A stretch of DNA of 64,000 bases from the human T2T-CHM13v2.0 reference genome, Homo sapiens, in the NCBI RefSeq assembly GCF_009914755.1, contig NC_060935.1, one strand, 5' to 3'. A program made the translations under genes and the position numbers. The notes under the pieces are model-generated. The model was not told the origin of the DNA and did not search any database. It was given only the letters and a program-made list of their open reading frames with translations. Of the stretch, positions 14,651 to 28,330 are shown piece by piece. Each line of letters begins with the position of its first letter. The first letter of the stretch is position 1.

Positions 14651-14690
<40 letters not shown>
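14651..14690 (+). repeat. Poly-T40 homopolymer
   Basis: 40 consecutive T. Confidence 0.98.
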
Positions 14691-14691
<1 letters not shown>

Positions 14692-15558
14692 GTGTGTCAG
14701 ACTAACTAAATCAGAGACTAGGGCACCAGGTAGGAGGACTTGGATTATTGGATTAAGCACCACGGGTTGAGCTCTGGACAGGGAGGCTCCAACAGAACCG
14801 AGAAGACTCTGGTTGCCTGGGGCTCTGACTTTCTTATCTAGGAAAGTTAATGAAGCTATGCTTACCCCTCCAGGGTATCTTAGATTGCAACTGAATGTGA
14901 GGTTTGTTTGCTGGTGTCTCTAGTGCCAATGTCCTAAGGTTATATTTTGTAGACAATTTACAGATTCTCTGTTTATCACAGCCCAGTCTAAAGTTAGAGG
15001 TTATGGTTTGAGTTGGTTTACTAAACTTGAGTTTATACCAATAAGTGTTATTTACTTCTTAATTTTTATTAGAGAAAGAGTATGTGAAAAAATTAAAGGG
15101 CTTCTTTGCTTGCTCTGGAAGGTTGCCTAAATCGTTTCAGGGACAGAGAAACTGAGGCCCAGAGAGAAGTTAGGAGTGAAAGTGCAAGAACAATAATTCA
15201 GCAGCTCTTTTGTACAACCTTCTGCTTTTACCCAAGCAACTTTGAACTTTTTAGTGAAAAGGATCTCACATGTTAATGTTTTTCAGATAAGGCTGTCATG
15301 GGTGGGAGTAAACGGATTATTTGGTTTGAAACCAATGGAAGCCATTCAAAATTTATTTAAAATATCCAGGGTGTTCAATTGCAGGGAGGTGTCTTTAGTT
15401 GAAATTATGCACTTAGAGTTATTTGGTTTGGGATTTTTTTATTCTCCCACAATTTTGAGATACCCTGCCTAGGATGACATTATATTATATCTGCAACTTT
15501 TATACTTATAATAGGCTTTTTATCTCAGTGTCTAAACTAAGTACATATTTGTGTGACA

Positions 15559-15890
<332 letters not shown>

Positions 15891-16495
15891 ATGGCATTTC
15901 ATTCTTAGCCAAAATATTAATCTGTTTTAATTTGATTATAGTACCTGTAAATAGAATTAACATGGACTGGCTTTTAAATCTTATTTTTCAAGTCAATGAC
16001 ACATTTTGCTCTGAAATCACAATATCATTATTTATTTTAACAAATTTCTACAATATCGTCTTTAAGGAAATTTTAATGTCATTTGTGTTAACTTTAAATG
16101 ATGACCTCTATGTGAGGAAAAGGAGGAGGAGCCCTTTTCTGGCAACTTCTTCAGCCCTCGATATGATCTTAAACTGCAAGTCCTTTGGCAATCGCTACTA
16201 AGCAAACTCGAGTGACTCCTTGCCTGGACTTGTCGTGTAGTGGAGTGTTGGGGAGTGGGCAGTTTAAACATATTTCTGATATATATTATCGTCTAAACCT
16301 TTTTCTGATTCTAATTTTTTGTAAAAGTAAACGGTGCTTACATGAACACAGAAGCCATTTTAAAAAGAAGAAAAATGTGGTAAAAACAGCTACTGAAGAG
16401 AGATGTCTCAATCATCCTTAAAATGTGTCTTTTCCTTTGAACAGAATAGCTACTGAGAGTTTTTGGTTTTTTTTAATGCTAAAAAAAGAACTTCA

Positions 16496-16870
16496 GGCTG
16501 GGCGCGGTGGCTCACGCTTGTAATCCCAGCACTTTGGGAGGCCGAGGCGGGCGGATCACGAGGTCAGGAGATCGAGACCACGGTGAAACCCTGTCTCTAC
16601 TAAAAATATAAAAAATTAGCCAGGCGTGGTGGCGGGCGCCTGTAGTCCCAGCTACTCTGAGAGGCTGAGGCAGGAGAATGGCGTGAACCCGGGAGGCTGA
16701 GCTTGCAGGGAGCTAAGATCGCACCACAGCACTCCAGCCTGGGTGACAGAGCGAGACTCCGTCCAGCCTGGGCGACAGAGCGAGACTCCGTCCAGCCTGG
16801 GCGACAGAGCGAGACTCCGTCCAGCCTGGGCGACAGAGCAAGACTCCGTCAAAAAAAAAAAAAAAAAAAA
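16496..16870 (+). mobile_element. AluYd-type element with internal 29-bp x4 tandem repeat
   Basis: 12-bp deletion (gagacca^cggtgaaa), cacgcTtgt, extra A in ctactctgAgagg; TSD A(n)ACTTCA. Confidence 0.88.
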
Positions 16871-17091
16871 AAAACTTCAAACAATTCAGGTCTTTTAATA
16901 TACAATTACAGTGAGAGGTCACAGTTAACTGTATCATACTTAACTTTAATCAGTGTTAAAAACTATACAGAATCTCTGGCAAGACAGTCAAAGACAAGTC
17001 AGAAATGCGTTCTTGTTTATTGGTGTTAATTCAGATCCATAAATGTACTGGGAAAAGTTAATAATAATAATAATATAATAAACTTATTTGC

Positions 17092-17707
<616 letters not shown>

Positions 17708-18392
17708 TTAGAAAGAATAATTAATGACACAGCTGCTGATATTAGTGTCTTTTAATACTGGAACTGATCAATATCAACATTATAAGATCCTCACACAATA
17801 CATTTTTGAGAAATTTGTCAAAGCATTTCTATTGATCAGCATATAGCTTGGGCAAGGATCTTCTCACCTATGGACAAAAAACTTCATCCAGTCCTATTTT
17901 AAAGTTTCTTTGTCCCCTCTTATTCTAGGATTTATGAAATTTTTCCATAAACTTATTGTCATATTCCATTTTCACTTTTAAAGTCTGTGATTAGAAAACT
18001 TGCATTATTGGCTTTTTATGTCTGAGGCCAAAAGTAAGTTCAATTATAATATGTATAGGAATAAGGTACATCAATATGTAAAAAATCATCAAATGAACTG
18101 GGCAGTGAAAATCAACTGGCTTTAACTGTTCATCATATTTGAGTCATTTCTCTCAAACTCAAACATACTAAAACTTCTTCAGCAAATCCATCAGTATTTG
18201 GTTTTCTTTTATATGCTGATAAAATCATAGATAATCTTACAATTGACATCCTCCAAAAGATTCAAAGCTGATTCGAACCTTGGAGTTCAGGTTCCTGGCT
18301 TCTCTGTCTACTGGGGGTCAGGATACAGGAAGCACAAGGAGGAGGGGAGAAGATTGTGTGGGCAAAGGGGCAGGGAAGGGGCCACCACTCAC

Positions 18393-18461
18393 CACCACTG
18401 CAGGACGAGGCGCTGAGTAAGGGACGGGGCTGCTCCCAGCAGAATCCACAAAGTAGCTCAT
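18393..18461 (-). CDS. ETS1: ETS1 long isoform coding part of exon 2 (exon spans 18475-18393; 14 nt 5'UTR + 69 nt CDS)
   Basis: cacag|GTGCTGAGAGCAGA ATG AGC TAC TTT GTG...GCA GTG GTG|gtgagt encodes MSYFVDSAGSSPVPYSAPRPAVV. A at -3. In-frame TGA at -18 once spliced to exon 1. Confidence 0.97.
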
Positions 18462-20410
18462 TCTGCTCTCAGCACCTGTGTGAGAGAAGGCGTTGGCTGA
18501 GCCTCTGGATGCTCACAGCTTTGTGGATTAGAATCCACAAGGAAGACACGAACCTTAGAACTAAAAGTCTCCTTAGGAGCCAACCAGTTCACTTCTTTGC
18601 ATGGCAGGGAAAGCAATGGAAATTCAGAAAGATCAGTGACTAACCCCCAGCACCGGTAAGAGCAGACCTCAGACAGAACCAGTTCCCTGGTTGCAAGGTA
18701 ACATGGATAACAGACCATGTCTACACACTGCAGACAGCAAGCAGTAAACCAGTGCACAAGAGGCACATTTTTGTAGGGTTTCTGAGCAGGAACCAGTTCT
18801 TGTGTGTCTCCCCCACCCACAACCAGGCCTGGCAGATAAGTAGGCATACAATACACAGTTGGGGTGTAAATTAATTGATAAAGGAATAAACATAGAAAGG
18901 ATTGGAGAAAGGAAGGATGGAAAAAGCTCTCCTGAAGAGGTATGTCACCCAGTAACCCAAGAAACAGATAAACAGAGAGAAACCCTGCAAAAGGGATTGA
19001 GCATTATTGATCTTGAAAAAAGGAGAAGGGCTATTAAATAACTTGTTGAGAGCTATTTTCTACATTGGAAGTCTGAGTGACTAGAATGCTTGAGCAATTT
19101 TCTGGCTGAAGGGATTTTCCAGTTAGCTACTGGTCATCATTACATATCGAACATCTCTGTTGACCTAAATACTTTCGAAAGTTCATTACACACTTTCATA
19201 AACTTAATACTATGCATTTAAAAAGTCGTTCTTGAATAATCTCGAAGATTAAATTCCTAGGCATACCACTCAGAGGCCAAATTCTTATTGTTAGGAAGTG
19301 ACGCTTTAACTTCACTGCTTTCCAGTTTGTATTTGTCTGCCCTTTTCCTTAATTCTACATTTAAAGCAACTGATACATTTCAAGAAAAATCAAGTAATAA
19401 GAAATGTCTTATGTTCAATTTGCAGTTTGGTTCACCATCTTGATCCTTTTTTTCATATGAAATGTATTTAAATGTTTAAATGATATAGTTAAACAGGCTT
19501 GGCAATATAAAACTATACTGCCTAAGGGCTACAACAACAAAGCTACTAATATCATATGGTTAAGGGATGTAAGCTACAAACCTCCTGAAGTCATAACTTA
19601 TCCTAGAACTATACTTTGTGTTTTTAACTAAAACTTTGCCTTTTTCTTATGTCTTTTCTTCCAGATGTAGAATGCAGTCAAAATAACATTAGTTTTAAAA
19701 AATTAACTAAGGGTCTGAATAGCTAGACTATGTTAATCAAGATTTTGTCCTTTAGTTTTTTAGGAAATTGATCTCCACTACAGCAAAACCACCCCAGGAA
19801 GAGCTCCTCATTGGTGAAGATGAATGGTAGGAAAAGCTCAAAGTACCCTAGGCCAGGGACATTGTTAACATCTGCGTCAGGGGTCACTACTCAGTGTTTG
19901 TTTCCAAGAACAGTGAGTACCTATGATGGGTCTGACTCTGTACCAGGCACTGAGCATGAAATAAGAGTAAGATGCATGTCACGTGGTTTAGATATGCCTG
20001 TCCTGACCATACACTGTGAGGATCATCTCACTGAGCTCCATGGCTCCTTTCCCACCAAAGTGTTCCTCGTTTTTACTCTTAGAATCAAGTTTTAAAGTCC
20101 TGATGAATCATCATCAAACCATATATCCCACTTCAAAGTTTTTGATCTACTTTGAGATCTTTGGTTGAGACATAAAAGTTAACAACATTGATTGTGTCAT
20201 ATGATAATGGCTTAACCACAATCAAATTCCCTAGGGAAATGTTGATCATCCCTCCAGGGTCCTGCAGGGCAACTAATACCTTCTAGAAATGAATACTTTT
20301 TGGAATTCCCCCCAGTGATGTGGGAATGCTGTTTCATGTAAACATTCAACCCTCTGATTTCCTCCAAAAAAAGCCCCAAGGATCTCCTGAGTCCTCACAG
20401 ACCTCAGTTA

Positions 20411-20759
20411 CAGTAGTCTCCCCTTACCCAAATAGGATTTGTTCCAAAACCCTCCAGTGGAGGCCTGAAACCTCAGATAGTACAGAACCCCATACATACT
20501 ATGTGTTTTCCTATACATACACACCTATGATAAAGTTTAACTTATACATTAGACGCAGTAAGAGATTAACAACAATAACTAATACATGACTAGAACAATT
20601 ATAACAATATACTGTGATAAAAGTTATTGAATGTGGTTTCTCTCTCTCTCTCTCTCTCAAAATATCTTACTGTACTGTACTCACCTATTTTCAGACCTTG
20701 GTTGAGGGAGAGTAACTGAAACCTCGGAAGGCAAAACCACAGTTAAGGGAGTACGATTG
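20411..20759. mobile_element. MER2 (TcMar-Tigger) MITE
   Basis: TA|cagtagtctccccttac...aagggagtacgattg|TA; degenerate terminal inverted repeats and TA duplication. Confidence 0.85.
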
Positions 20760-21697
20760 TATTTATCCAACAATCATGTAATAGGCGTCCTTTGTTAGTG
20801 GCTTGTTTATTCATTTGGTAAATAATCACTATGCACCACTATGTGCCAGACACGGTCCTGGGCACTTGAAACACACCAGTAAACAAGGATTCCTGACCTC
20901 ACGGCCCTTAGATTCTATCAGACTCAGGAAAAATCTGAGAAAGACAGGATCTCTATCTTCAGGCAGTGGAATCGACAGGCTCACACATAACTATAGCATA
21001 ATGTGATAAGTAGTTGGCCAACAATATGGAAAAAGAAATAGGAAGCAGTCAGTTCTGCTGGGTGCAGGGAATAGGAAATTGTGAAAGATTGCATAGAGCA
21101 AGGTGTAACCACATGGCCCTATAAATCATCCCTAGAGTCCCACAAGTGGCAAAGGACCTTCACCTTTCAAATGCCTATTTTACTTACGTATTTCTAAGAG
21201 AAAGGACTTTTGGAATTGGCAGCCACATCCTGAAGCCCACCTCAAAGATACCAAGGGTTTCTGTCTGCTGGCCAGACAACACTCTCCCTCATAGCAACAC
21301 TCCTGGAAAAGGGGTCAGTGGAAATATGTTTTCTCTTCTCATTGACAGAGTGAGAGAAGAAAGCTCTGGCCCAACATCTGGTGCACTCTGTGCTGGACTG
21401 TATTCTTGAAGCTATGACTGTATGAATGACACTTCCCTTGGGGAAAAGCCCTTTGCCCAGAGAGGAAACTGACAAGAGGGAGTTGCCAGGGCTCTCAAGG
21501 GCTCTCGTCTCAGGAAATAACTCTTGGACAGAAATGGATTGCTGCTTTATTATTTTTTTGGAGAAAGAAAAAAAGAACCCGCCCTTTTTCCACTTGTAGA
21601 TTGTGACACAGAACAGCTGCTAAAGACGTAAACCTTCTCAGAAGAAGTAAATGAAGTGTTTAGGTAGTTTTTTTAGTAGCGTTTGTTTTTTCTTTTC

Positions 21698-21905
21698 TTT
21701 TTTGGCTTTTTGGCAAAAGAGAATTCCCTCCCACAAGACAACTGCTTGAACATCAGCTGCACCAACTTTTTTCTTAGCATTGCACACGTTTATTGCATAA
21801 ATACAAAGCAATTGTGGCATCTGAAGATTTACTCCCCAGCGAAGAAGCATCCATGAGACCTGTTTGGGTGCAAAAATGATTTGGACGCTGGGTAACAGAG
21901 GGTCT
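21698..21905 (-). repeat. Source arm of a ~205-bp inverted repeat (unique intronic sequence)
   Basis: Its reverse complement aligns to 23047-23253 with 9 substitutions and 1 indel by manual count. Confidence 0.97.
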
Positions 21906-22129
21906 TGCAGAGCTGAGTTTATTTTTCTTGAAAAGGACCTGCGCCACCTGAGCCGCAGGATAAGTGGGTCAGAAAGGAGGCTGCCCTGCTCTGGACTGTG
22001 GCTTGCTGTGCCCCCCCATGCTCCCTCCCACCTCTCCAGCCCCCTCTCGCCGTGACCCCTGCACCCTCCACTGCAACATGGAACTCTGTTGTTTTCTTAG
22101 GCACGCGTTGCCAGGTCTCACTCCCCTGC

Positions 22130-22890
22130 CCTTCTCATGTTACCCCCTCTGCTAGGAATGCCCATCCACCCTCAAGATGAGTGAACCCTGCCTCCTCAGG
22201 GTTTTAGGCTCAGCTCAGAGGTTATTGCAGCCTGGAATCCTTCCTGAGCCACGCTTCACCCCAGCCAGGGTTAGCGGCTCCTTGTTTATGTTCCCAAAGT
22301 GTATTTCTATCACGGTGCTTATCACATTGTTTTATTACCATCTGCTTCTGTTTGTCTCTCCAGCTAAATTCTCATCTACTTGAAGGCAGGCACCATGCCT
22401 TTTTCATTTTTGTCTTCAGCACTTAAGACAGACCATGGGGCATAATGGAAACTCATTGTTTTTTTAAATCAGTGAATGAGTAAATGAATGAATTGGTCTC
22501 ACAAGACTAAAAATGTAAGAGGTAGATCAGATGTGAATATATTTGTTCCTCAAAATAGAGAATCTGAATAGATTGCAGGTCTAGATAAAGAACCACTTGA
22601 AATAATCAGTTTGTTTCATGATCCATTTCTAAGGGAAAACCGTTTCCTTCTATTCACATAGCTATTTAATGCCCCCTCATCTAAGAAGGCTTTTCCCATC
22701 ACCGCATATGAATAGCAGCGCCTTTCTCCGTACTCTGACACCTAGGTGTTTGTTCGTTGTCTTCTCCAAAGTCCACTCTGTTAGAATTTAAGCTCCCCAA
22801 GGGGGAGATTTAGTTCATTTATTCACTCCAGATCCCTGGATCCTAGGCCAGTATTGGAAAGTAGCTGGCACATAGATAACTGTTAAATAC
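22130..22890 (+). mobile_element. L2 3'-end fragments
   Basis: ctctgctaggaatgcc...tgaaggcaggcaccatgcc...tgaatgagtaaatgaatgaa; second fragment gttagaatttaagctcc. Confidence 0.65.
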
Positions 22891-23047
22891 AATAGTGTAA
22901 GTTAGAAAACTTGTACACACTTTTTCAGTGTAAACCCCTCTTTTTACAAATGAGGAGAAAGACTAAGGCGATGCTGCTAATTGGCCAAGCTGAGACCAGA
23001 CTCCTGGTCTTCAGCCTCCTCCTGTGCTTAGAGAAGATGCTTCTCTA

Positions 23048-23271
23048 GACCTTTGTTACCCAGCGTCCAAATCATTTTTGCACCCAAACAGGTCTCATGG
23101 ATGCTGCTTAGCTGGGGAGTAAATCTTCAGATGCCACAGTTGCTTTGCATTTATGCAATAAACGTGTGCAATGCTAAGAAAAAAATTGGTGCAGCTGATG
23201 TTCAAGCAGTTGTCACGTGGGAGGGAATTCTCTTCTGCCAAAAAGCCAAAAAAAAAAAAAAAGAGAGAGAG
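23048..23271 (+). repeat. Inserted inverted copy of 21698-21905 with A15/(GA)n tail and 18-bp TSD
   Basis: AGAGAAGATGCTTCTCTA occurs exactly at 23030-23047 and 23272-23289. Confidence 0.95.
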
Positions 23272-23869
23272 AGAGAAGATGCTTCTCTAAGCACCCTCAT
23301 CACCCTGGATGGCGAGGACAGAAACAAGCATGAGATGGAGAAGACAAAAAAGTCAACACTTTGGCTTATGTGGGTGTCTCATGTCCAAAAAATCACTTTA
23401 AAACTATGGTTCTGCTTGATTCTAGAGAGTTCTATTCTTCATAGAGCGAGTGACCACTTCTCCAACTTCCCACCCTCCCCAAACTGGCAACCCGGCCAGG
23501 ACCTGTAGGCTCTCACTTCCTTTCACCCAAAGCTTGCCAGGGCAGGGCAGGGCAGGTTGAGAGACACAGAATAAAGGAAAAATTAGGGAGGAGAGGGACT
23601 GTTCAGGCCAAGGCAGCAGAAGAACAAGAAATCCCAAAGAGACCAGGCTTGAATCAAGGCTGAATCCAGTTCACATCAACTCTGACCCTGCTTGGCTGTA
23701 TTTCTAGATAACTTTGACATCAGTTAAGCCTTTTTCATTTGGGGTTATGTATTCCTAAAAGAAAAACTACGCTTTTAGGTAAATACCAAGTAAATTACAC
23801 TTTAATTTTTTTCTTTTGAAAACAAAATTCTTTTGAAATCAGCAGTTTTTGCCAAACTAATACAATGTT

Positions 23870-24400
23870 ACCGCAAAAATTAAAATACAAAAAAGTAACA
23901 GATGGATATTAGAATCACCTGAAACCTCACCATGTAGAGATAATTATACTAATAATTTGTTCAATATTCTTCTGGGTATTTTTTAATCTATCTAAACGAA
24001 CATAGATGTCACACACACACACGTGATTACAATTTTACCTTCATGAGATTATTCTCCACATGTTCTTTTGTAACCTGCTTTGTTCACTGACATTTAACAT
24101 AATGCTATGGACATTTTTCTCTGTTGATAAATGTGGCTGTCTATCCTAAAGATGATGACTGCCAAGTATTCTATTGTATGTATATATCATACTTTTAAAG
24201 AGCCTCTTATTATCGTATAATTAATTTGTCCCCAATTCTTTGTCATTATAAAAATTCCTAAAATATTTTACATTCCCACTAAATGCCGAAAAAGAGCATT
24301 TTGGGGACAAAGAAAATATGCATTCCATATTTGAATACATATTGACTAACTGCATTCTATAATAGACCAGCCAAAATTAGACTCCCACTGACAAAGGCAT
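23870..24400 (-). mobile_element. Old L1M (L1ME-like) 3' fragment
   Basis: ttgtaacctgctttgttcact...tattctattgtatgtatatatcata...tctttgtcattata. Confidence 0.55.
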
Positions 24401-24630
24401 CATGTTTTAAATTTCAACTTGCCCTCTCGTCTTCATGTTAGCTTCATAGGCAATGAATTATGGTTAAAACATATCCTGGGTATGAAGATGGCACATGGGG
24501 AATTCAAAAGCACAATAAAGCTGTGGCAGAAAATGTAGATTTCTCCCCACCACCCCTCACCCCAGCCTTTCCTCTTTGAAAACAATGCAAAATTTGAATA
24601 GATTTCCAATGAGCATTTATCCTAATGTCA

Positions 24631-25118
<488 letters not shown>

Positions 25119-27534
25119 CTACAATGTATAGAGTTTTAATTTCTTTTTTCTGAATACTATAGAAATGTATTTTTGAAGACTCAGAGTATCTCCTCTTTCA
25201 GGAAGCTTTCCCCTCCCCCCTACCCTCTTTGGCAATTGCATGGACCTCCTTGATGCCCCTCCATGGGATTTACTGTAACGGTGTAACAAAGTTCATGACA
25301 CTTCCTGTATCTATGCCTGTTTCTGCTCCTGAATGATGAGTAACTTGAGAGTAAGGATGGTGTCTTTTCAGATGACACATAGTAGCCATGCAACAAGTGT
25401 CTGTTTACTAAATGAGGGAAAGTACCTAAAGTACTTGAAACAGAGTTGGTGTGTACAATCCTTGTGCGTCCTGAGCTTATCCAAGAGAGTAAGTTATCGT
25501 TTGGACATTAAAAAAAAAAAAAAAAAAAAAAAAATCCCTGTGATGAAGTGTGTCCTTGTGTGACCCTGAGGTTAGGCTTCTCAAGAGTTAACTACAAGCA
25601 AGATGGCACTTTTCTCTAAACTATAGGATGTACCAGATTGATGAGTTCATCTATACTCCTTCAGTGTGTTCTTTCTGATTCTCATGAGTAGCCCACGTGT
25701 ATTTCCCAAATCATTTGAGTAGATGTCTTCCCTGACCTGTCACTGTAACAAAAGCTCCCAAATCCAATTCTCTAAGAACTCAGGTTTAAGATCCATCATA
25801 TCTAGGAAAGCTGAACATTCCTTACTCCCCATGGAAACTTTGTGGTTACAACGCATAGAAAAGAAAAAGGATTAGAAGAACTGAAGATGGTTTTTCTGTC
25901 TCACTACTAAATCTACAAGAACCTCATTTGCTTGACTAAGTAATCCAACATTACAGTAGTAGTGAATATTCCTTCTTATTTTAAGTAGCCAGCACTGACA
26001 AATGAAGGCTGTGTTCCAAATTATGGGCTACTGTCTTCTGTGTCTTAAGCTAAGTGCATTTATTCTTTCACTAAGGTTACAGAGCAGCAACTCACAGTAC
26101 AATTAACATCTCAGTCTTTGTTTCTTCACAACTTCACTATAATTATTCCGCCAACCCTTGCTTAAATGGAAATGAGTCATATCCATCTCCTATTTCTCTA
26201 AAAATAAACCCATCTCCTAATTAAGCATAACACTTTCAAGTCCTGTATGAATTGACATAGCTCAACGAATCCTTCTTAGAATATTAAAATGAACTCATGT
26301 CATTATAATTTTAAAGAGTATATTGTTTTACCCTTCCTTGAGGAGTAACTCGCTACTATCTCCTGAAAAAGAGAAAGACTAGAAGATGTTTTACTCTGGT
26401 ATACCATAGCAGTTAAGAAATAAGGAATGCTTCATAGATTATTTTATGCATTTCCTTCTCAGTGGAAACAAATCCCTCACCATACAGTACTGAAATGGCA
26501 TTGTCAACAATGGACAGAAAGGTCTTGCTTCTCCTAGGCATCAAGGAAATACATTAAAACCTGCCGACTCTTAGGTCTAGGAATCTAACTAAGAAAATGC
26601 CAATTCTAGTCTCTGAAACCTTTGAAATACTAACAATCTACACTTTCTAGTCAATCATACTTCTGTCAGAACATCTTCCTGAAGATCAAAGGTAATATTC
26701 AATACACTGCCTTACCGTAAAAGTGGCCATAGCCTGTGTACAAATGCTATGCCTCAAATCCTGTATTTTACCATGAAATTCAACAAATGATCACACTTGG
26801 CCTTAGGATGTACTCCTGAGCCAGAAGCATGGTAAGTACTCATAAATAACTGAATAAATAAATAAGGATTGTGTTTTACTTCGAACCTCAAAACAAAAAA
26901 AGAATAAGCTGGAGGAATAATGTAGAGTACTCTTTGCTTTCCAAGAATGGTCGTAATAGAGGCCATGGAATAAGAGATTGTTTTCCAAGTCAAATGCAAA
27001 GAAGGGCCACGAGATTAAAAACGTCAACTCTAATCCAATGAATGCTGCCAATGAAACCTCTGAAGAGATTAGCATTTTAAAGAATTACATTACAGATTCT
27101 TAGCCTGTGAAGCATGTCAGACATAATCTAGAGTTTAGACTTGGCTCTGGCTCTAAAGGAATTCTCAACAAAACTGAGAGGCACCATAAATAGAAAGAGA
27201 TATTACAAGAACAATGAGAGGGGACTGGATAGTTGCAATAATGCCCCTTTAAAATTGAACTAAAAGATACCAGCTGCCTTAGATCTCTCAAATCCAGCAA
27301 GCAACTTCTTGGACTATGTCTGATTGTGATTTTCATGGTGGAGTTTCATTTGTTTTATTACCCGAAATGTAAGGTTCCAATTTCTCAGTATAATGCTAAA
27401 CAGCTTGCTAGCATTCTTATATAAAGAGGGATTGTGCAATTCCAGTGAATTTTGGAGTTGGAAAAAATTCATCAATCTTCTCATTTATTTCAATGAACTG
27501 AGTCCTAAGAGGTTACGTGTTTAGCAGTGATCAA

Positions 27535-27760
27535 GAACCCTGGAGTTACATACTATGGGTGAACGTAGAACTGCTTGCTGCGTGTATGGCCATGAGCAAA
27601 TTTCTTAACCTCACAATCAGTTTCCTCAACTATAAAATGCAGGTAATAATATCAACACTTTCAGGATTATAGAGGAGGATCATACAAAACACAAATACTT
27701 AGCAGCATGCTGTATAAATAGTAAAAATGGTCAATAAATAATAATTGTTATTATTGCTAT
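27535..27760 (+). mobile_element. MIR
   Basis: gagcaaatttcttaacctc...cagtttcctcaactataaaatg. Confidence 0.7.
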
Positions 27761-28330
27761 TTTATCAGTAGTGCCTGGCAATTAGTAAGCATTAGTAAAT
27801 GCTTACTAATGTCACTAATTAGTAACACTACTGTTTTATATTAATTACTTTTTTCTACTGCCCAACATGGCAGAGGTTATTTAAGTGTTAGAGCTAGAAC
27901 ATGGATAGCTAAATCTCTCATCTCTTTTTCTAAAGACTTGTATTCAAGTCATGAAAACAGGATTCCCTTTCATAATCATAGGTTGAGTAGCATTAGTCAA
28001 GAATTTTGCAGGAGAAAAGAGCCACAATTTCTGTTTAATGGTAGTCTGTTTGTACCATTGTTATGCATAAAACCAAGAAGTAAGCATTTTTCTTACAGTG
28101 GAGAACTAACTCATTGAAAGATTGCATAGCACAAATGGTGAAATATTGCAGCTTCCTGAGTTAAACCAACATCTTTTTGATATAATGTCGATCTTTTGTG
28201 GACTTACGCTTTAGCAACTAGATACAAATATAAGGAAGTAGTAAAGCACTGCGGAAAATAGTGCAAGATTTCTTGTTTGTTCATTTTTTTCATTTTTGCT
28301 TTTTCATTTGTTTTTGCTTTTTCTTTAGAG

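Noticed and set aside
16733-16848. 29-bp direct repeats resembling a CRISPR array
   Set aside because: No spacers, the unit is the Alu 3' end, and the DNA is human.
23053-23508. 151-aa ORF sharing peptide sequence with ORF 21638-21850, suggesting a duplicated gene or processed pseudogene
   Set aside because: The similarity is just the inverted DNA copy and I recognise no protein. The AATAAA at ~23157 is ~85 nt from the A-tail, too far to be its polyadenylation signal.
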